Below are positions 59,487 through 64,000 of a stretch of 64,000 nucleotides of DNA, piece by piece. The DNA is from Takakia lepidozioides (lineage: Eukaryota; Plantae; Bryophyta), in contig CM060734.1 of NCBI GenBank assembly GCA_030704615.1, positions 54,808,001-54,872,000 on the forward strand, in the 5' to 3' direction. Both the position numbers and the translations under genes were made by a program. A model generated the notes under the pieces. That model made no database searches. It was not told the DNA's origin and worked only from the letters and a program-made list of their open reading frames with translations. Within the stretch, counting starts at the first letter, position 1. Every line of letters starts with the position of its first letter.

Positions 59487-62200
59487 TTGATGATCCCATC
59501 TGATATTCGGTCAAGCACGATGTTTTCACCGGGTCAGTGTGCGGACGACGATGTTTCGAGGGTGCCGATGCTGGCCAGAACGTTGTTTTCTTCTGATATT
59601 TCGGGAACGTTTCTGGTTGGGAAGGGCGTTGGGTTCCGCACGCCACACGAAGGAGTGTACGATATGTCACCATGTGTGACCGGGTGGGGTTTGGAGCTAC
59701 ACGACGACAAGGTGCTAGTTTGGTTCCATCGAGGTTCGTCGTCAGTGAAGACGCTGAGTTTTTGCGACGTGGTTTCGCTGGAAAACACACAGGGGTCTAT
59801 AGCGGTGTTCATCAGGGAGGTCGGTCGAGAGGGCAAGGTGTTCTGTTTCGTGGACGAAGTCGGTAGGATGGATGCAAACACCATGCCCGCAGTGGTGATG
59901 GCCGGATTCACTGTCCTGCCTCCGGGGAGGATTCCGGAGGATGTTATGCGTGCGGTAATGAGAGATTGGGGGCGCATGTGTCCGACTCCCGTTCCGCCCG
60001 TGATGACGCCGTCATGCAAAAAGAAGGGTGCGGTAGCCACTGGGGCATCGGATTCTCGGGGGAAGATGCCGCCTAAGTTCAGCCACACCTTCGACATGTG
60101 CAGAAACGGCGAGATGAAAGCTCAAGTGCGGTCGGAGTTTGGGGACATGTTCCTGTTTGGGATGGACTCCCCGGCTGCGAGCGTCGACCTACGCAACTGT
60201 GACACGGCGCCTGCCAACATGGTGTATCGACCGCTGAACATAGATCAAAAGGACGAGATCAAGTCCCAGCTCGTGAGCTGTGTCGACATCGATCAGAGGC
60301 TGACACTGTACATTCTACCCCGACGATCAGGCTCAGACGGCTTGCATCCCGATCGGCCCGCGTCATGGGCAGAAATTGCGTCCGGCCGGTTCTTCGTGAT
60401 CGGCGGTCAACATACTCCAATGTTTTATTTATTTCTTATTGTTTTTTTCTTCTCGATGCGAGTGATAGTTCGGGTTGTGGGGTGGGGTGGGGCGGGGTGG
60501 GATTGGGTTCCGCTGACGATAACCATGTGCACAACGATGTAGGAGTTGGCTTGTGTGGAAGGAACGGGGGACACGTTTCGACTGTGGAACGCAAAGGTGG
60601 TGTACAGCACGGACGATTTGAGGCTGGTCAAACTGTCCGAATTGCTAAACCGGCCGAATTCCTACAATTCGTTCGAGCCCACGTTCCCGGAGAAGGTAAA
60701 ACACCGTCGAGAGTTTTACCACTCGCGGAGGCGGCTGTCTGTTCACGATGGCGCGAGGTGGACGGTACGTCAATCGGCGAGTGAATCGTCGATTGTTGTT
60801 GCTATAATTTGTCTTGTTCATATACTCTCCCGCCGGGCCGAAATTTTGAAAACAATACAGCTGACCATTTCCCATCCGGTGCAGGAGTTCATGTCCGTGG
60901 CGAACTCCATTCTAGGATGCGAGAGCGTGCAGGAGGTGTTGCCGTTGGTGAAGGTGAGCGAAGACACATGGAGCTTGCGGGAACGGGTGTTCCGGCTATG
61001 GGAGTGCGGGGAGCTGGTGGGGCCGGACGGCATCCCGTACAGGAAGGAGCTGGAGCCGCTATCCAAGACGTCGGTGTCCTGCTTGCAGGGTCTGGACGAC
61101 CACACCATCCGCAAGGTTGCCAAAAAAGTTTTGGACGGGAACGTGAGCATCCGGGATAGGAAGGGCAAAGCAGTTATCGTCGGATTGAGGACCTTTTGCA
61201 CGCAGTGCAAGACACGCAAATTCGTCGTCGACGACATCATGGCGCAGTGCGGGCATTCGCAGCCCTCCCGGGATAACCCCCGCCCTTACACGTTGGGGGA
61301 GTGGAAGGACGTAAAGGCTCGTTACCGGCTCGACCGAGCGGACATGGCGCAGCTAGAGGGCGCGTTGGGGAAGGCGTATTTGGCGGGAAGGGCCAAGCCG
61401 ATCGTGGCGAAGGAGTCCGCGCCGGAGGCATTTTTCAGGCTGCTGGAGCTGAAGAAGTGGGCTGTCGAAACAGATGGCGTGGGGTCGGCCGCCGTGGGCC
61501 CTTCCCCAGCCGACGCTTTCTTGGTTTTCGTGGTGGATTCTCTAGATCAGCTGGACCTGGGCACAATTCTGTCGGGCGACAGCTGCCCGGAGTTTATGGG
61601 CGGCGGCAGCGCAGCCGTCATGTTCGTGAGCACCGTGACGGGCGGCAGGCGATGGGAGTCGGTGCATTTTGACAGTCTCTTGGTGGTCACGCAGGCGGCG
61701 AGGGTGGGGGTATTTTACGTCGTTGTCGACCCTGCGACGTCGCGCATGCTGGCGGCGCACGTTCGGAGCCTGCCTGGATTCCACATGGAGCAGGGGTTCT
61801 ACCTGCCGGCACGGCATGCCGGACAGTTTCGGGGTGGTATGCTCACAGACCCGGTGGTGGTGTTGAACTACGTTTTCCCCATTCCGGAAAGACGTGACGC
61901 GACGGAGGTGGTGCGTTCCAAAGTCGTCGGCAAACCGGATGCGTGGATCATAAGCGTGTTCCTCAGGACGCAGACAACAAACGGGACTTGGATGGGATTT
62001 CGTGCACGAGCGGGAACTGCCGGTCAAGACGACGAGCGATGCCCTGTCCCAGTTTCTTGCCTCCGGGATGACGGCTATCAATTTATTCGCGGGGGGAACA
62101 CCACGCACGTTATGCTGGTACGCACTGCCACACCCTCACGTAACCATCGTTCGTCGTGGAAATACATTCCAAGACATAGAATAAAATAACCAAAAACATA
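59487..62200 (+). pseudogene. Intron-containing ParB/Srx-like protein with a putative degenerate C-terminal amino-methyltransferase fold, probably transposon-borne
   Basis: YRPLN...RFFVIGGQHT (60387-60416), probable introns ~60420-60542 and 60764-60883, and ERELP...LSQFLASGMTAINLFAGG at 62008-62097 in a shifted frame. Confidence 0.55.
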
Positions 62201-62469
62201 AACAAAATACAAAATAATTCGAGGGTTGATGGAGGACGTCGTTGTTGGTTGCAGAAATTGCAATTTACATGACGTGTCACAAGATTCGGCGGCTCGGTCA
62301 TTTGGACAGGTTTTCCCAGTGGCTGGCCTATCCGTTGACATGCAGGAGGGATCTCCGGCATCGGAAACGGGGACCGTGCAGGCTGAGGTCATCCAGTCGA
62401 CTGATAAGCCGGTCCCGTTGAAACGCGGCACCGCATTTCGAACGTGCTAGGGAGGGTATGAGTATCTTA

Positions 62470-62894
62470 CGAGTTGAGGTCCGCCATGGCATTCTTGAGC
62501 AGGGGGAGTCTGCCGCCTTCACCTTCAGGATGACACACTCCACCATGTAATGCCAGCCAATGTGCTTGGCATGGTTCTGCTTGATGTACTCCCACCAGGC
62601 GAGAAGTCGGTGATTCCCGTCCCACACAAAGAACATTTTACCAGACATATGGCCGAAGTCTGGATCACCCTTCAGCGTCGCCTCGAATTCGTCGTTGCGA
62701 GTGTGCCAGTGGGTATCCCACGTTGACAATTCATCGGCAGTGGGGTCCACGAGTTTCGCCGTCCTCATTCTCAATGGAAACGTAAAACGCTGCCGATCCC
62801 AGACGGTACCCTTCTCGAAATGCGAACTTGAGCTTATCCACATCTCCGGGAAGGGCCTGCCTGACGATGGGAAGGGAACAGTGCGCGTCCACAC
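62470..62894 (-). pseudogene. Second ParB/Srx-like protein fragment, frameshifted
   Basis: VRQALPGDVDKLKFAFREGY (alternate frame), then MFFVWDGNHRLLAWW and LLKNAMADLN followed by a GTAAG donor. Confidence 0.6.
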
Positions 62895-64000
62895 CTAGAT
62901 CGATTTAACGTGGTAAACATTCAACGTCCCGGTTGCCACCGTTCGGCAAAGAAAAAAGGGAAACCGAGTTTTAGAAATCCGAGACCGTTCGTCTTGCTGG
63001 ACGTTCGAAGAAACTAGGCGGTTCTAGTTACACATCAGTATTGGTGGGAAATGTCTTGTGCAAGGACCGGCGCTTCTCGTTACGATCCCGGTGCTAGCAC
63101 AGGGTTTGTATCCAGATCCATACAGTTTTTTTCTTCTTTCTTTACAATTTTTTTCCCATTCTTCTTTCTCTAGAGCATAAACAAGGGGAGGTTTCCGTGC
63201 CCCACAGCATGGGGACATCACACTTTGTATAATCCACTTTGTATGTTTATAGTCAACCAAACTGAGGAATCGAGTCAGTATTTTCAATATTGAAAATGGA
63301 TGCGTACAGTTTTTTTTTTTTTTCGCTCTGCCGCACGACGTGTTTCACGCGCGTTCATTGTTTGCATAGTCATTGCACAATGTATTAGTGCGCGTTTCAT
63401 AGAAGGACGACGTGAGTTGGTTGCACACAAACGGAAAAATAAAAATAGTAATAATAGTAATAAAATTCAGAGTTGCTGGCAAAATGTCGTGAATAACTCA
63501 ACTGTTCATCCGATACTCGCTATATCTATCAATATTTCCGTCGCCCCGCAGCACCCTGGGGCAAACACTGGCACTAAGTCCTCGGTCTCTTACTGCTTGT
63601 CCAGGCGATTGGCTCGATCGACGATCCACCCTCCTCTGCTGGGAGTTGATGAAATCCGTGTAGGGCTTCCGCCTATTATGACCCCAATCATCGTAAATCG
63701 ATCTGCATTCTGATAAACCCTGTCAAACACATCAACTCCGCCATTCAAATCACCCGGGCAGGGTGATGCAGCAAATTGGCGAACAAGCTGAACTCGTAGC
63801 CTCCCGCCATCGGCCTGTTCACATCGAACACCGGGGAATGTTGAACACACCATTTTGCCAACGCGCCACAAAAAATGGAAGCTATGTAGCAAATCGGATC
63901 GGCATGAGTGCGATGGCGGTGCTTGAACGCTTGATAGGCCATGTTGCAATGCTCGGGGGTGGTAACGGAACCATCGACCACAGGCCAATTGTAAGGCATA

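Overview
Nuclear DNA of a non-seed land plant; the PLS-DYW PPR genes and repeat types suggest a moss-like bryophyte (inference). The left end holds two divergent PLS-class PPR-DYW RNA-editing factor genes. The first has five near-identical 303-bp L-S-P units and, upstream of the computed ORF, spliced exons encoding two OSB-type PDF (ssDNA-binding) motifs that are eroding. About 11.8-33 kb is a transposon nest: a pogo/Tigger element with 21-bp TIRs, a ~10-kb GC-rich MULE/SWIM element with cargo ORFs and AGTCYG-rich repeats, a hAT element with TIRs and TSD, MITEs, a Helitron-like repeat and a short mitochondrial LSU rRNA fragment. Three housekeeping genes follow on the + strand: ADNT1-like mitochondrial carrier, type II H+-PPase (AVP2/VHP2) and an intronless PSMD5-like gene. 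The right end has SKP1-like fragments arranged as hairpins and a GC-rich multi-gene relic encoding two convergent ParB/Srx-like proteins, one apparently fused to a degenerate amino-DNA-methyltransferase fold. All family calls come from motif recognition; no database searches were run.
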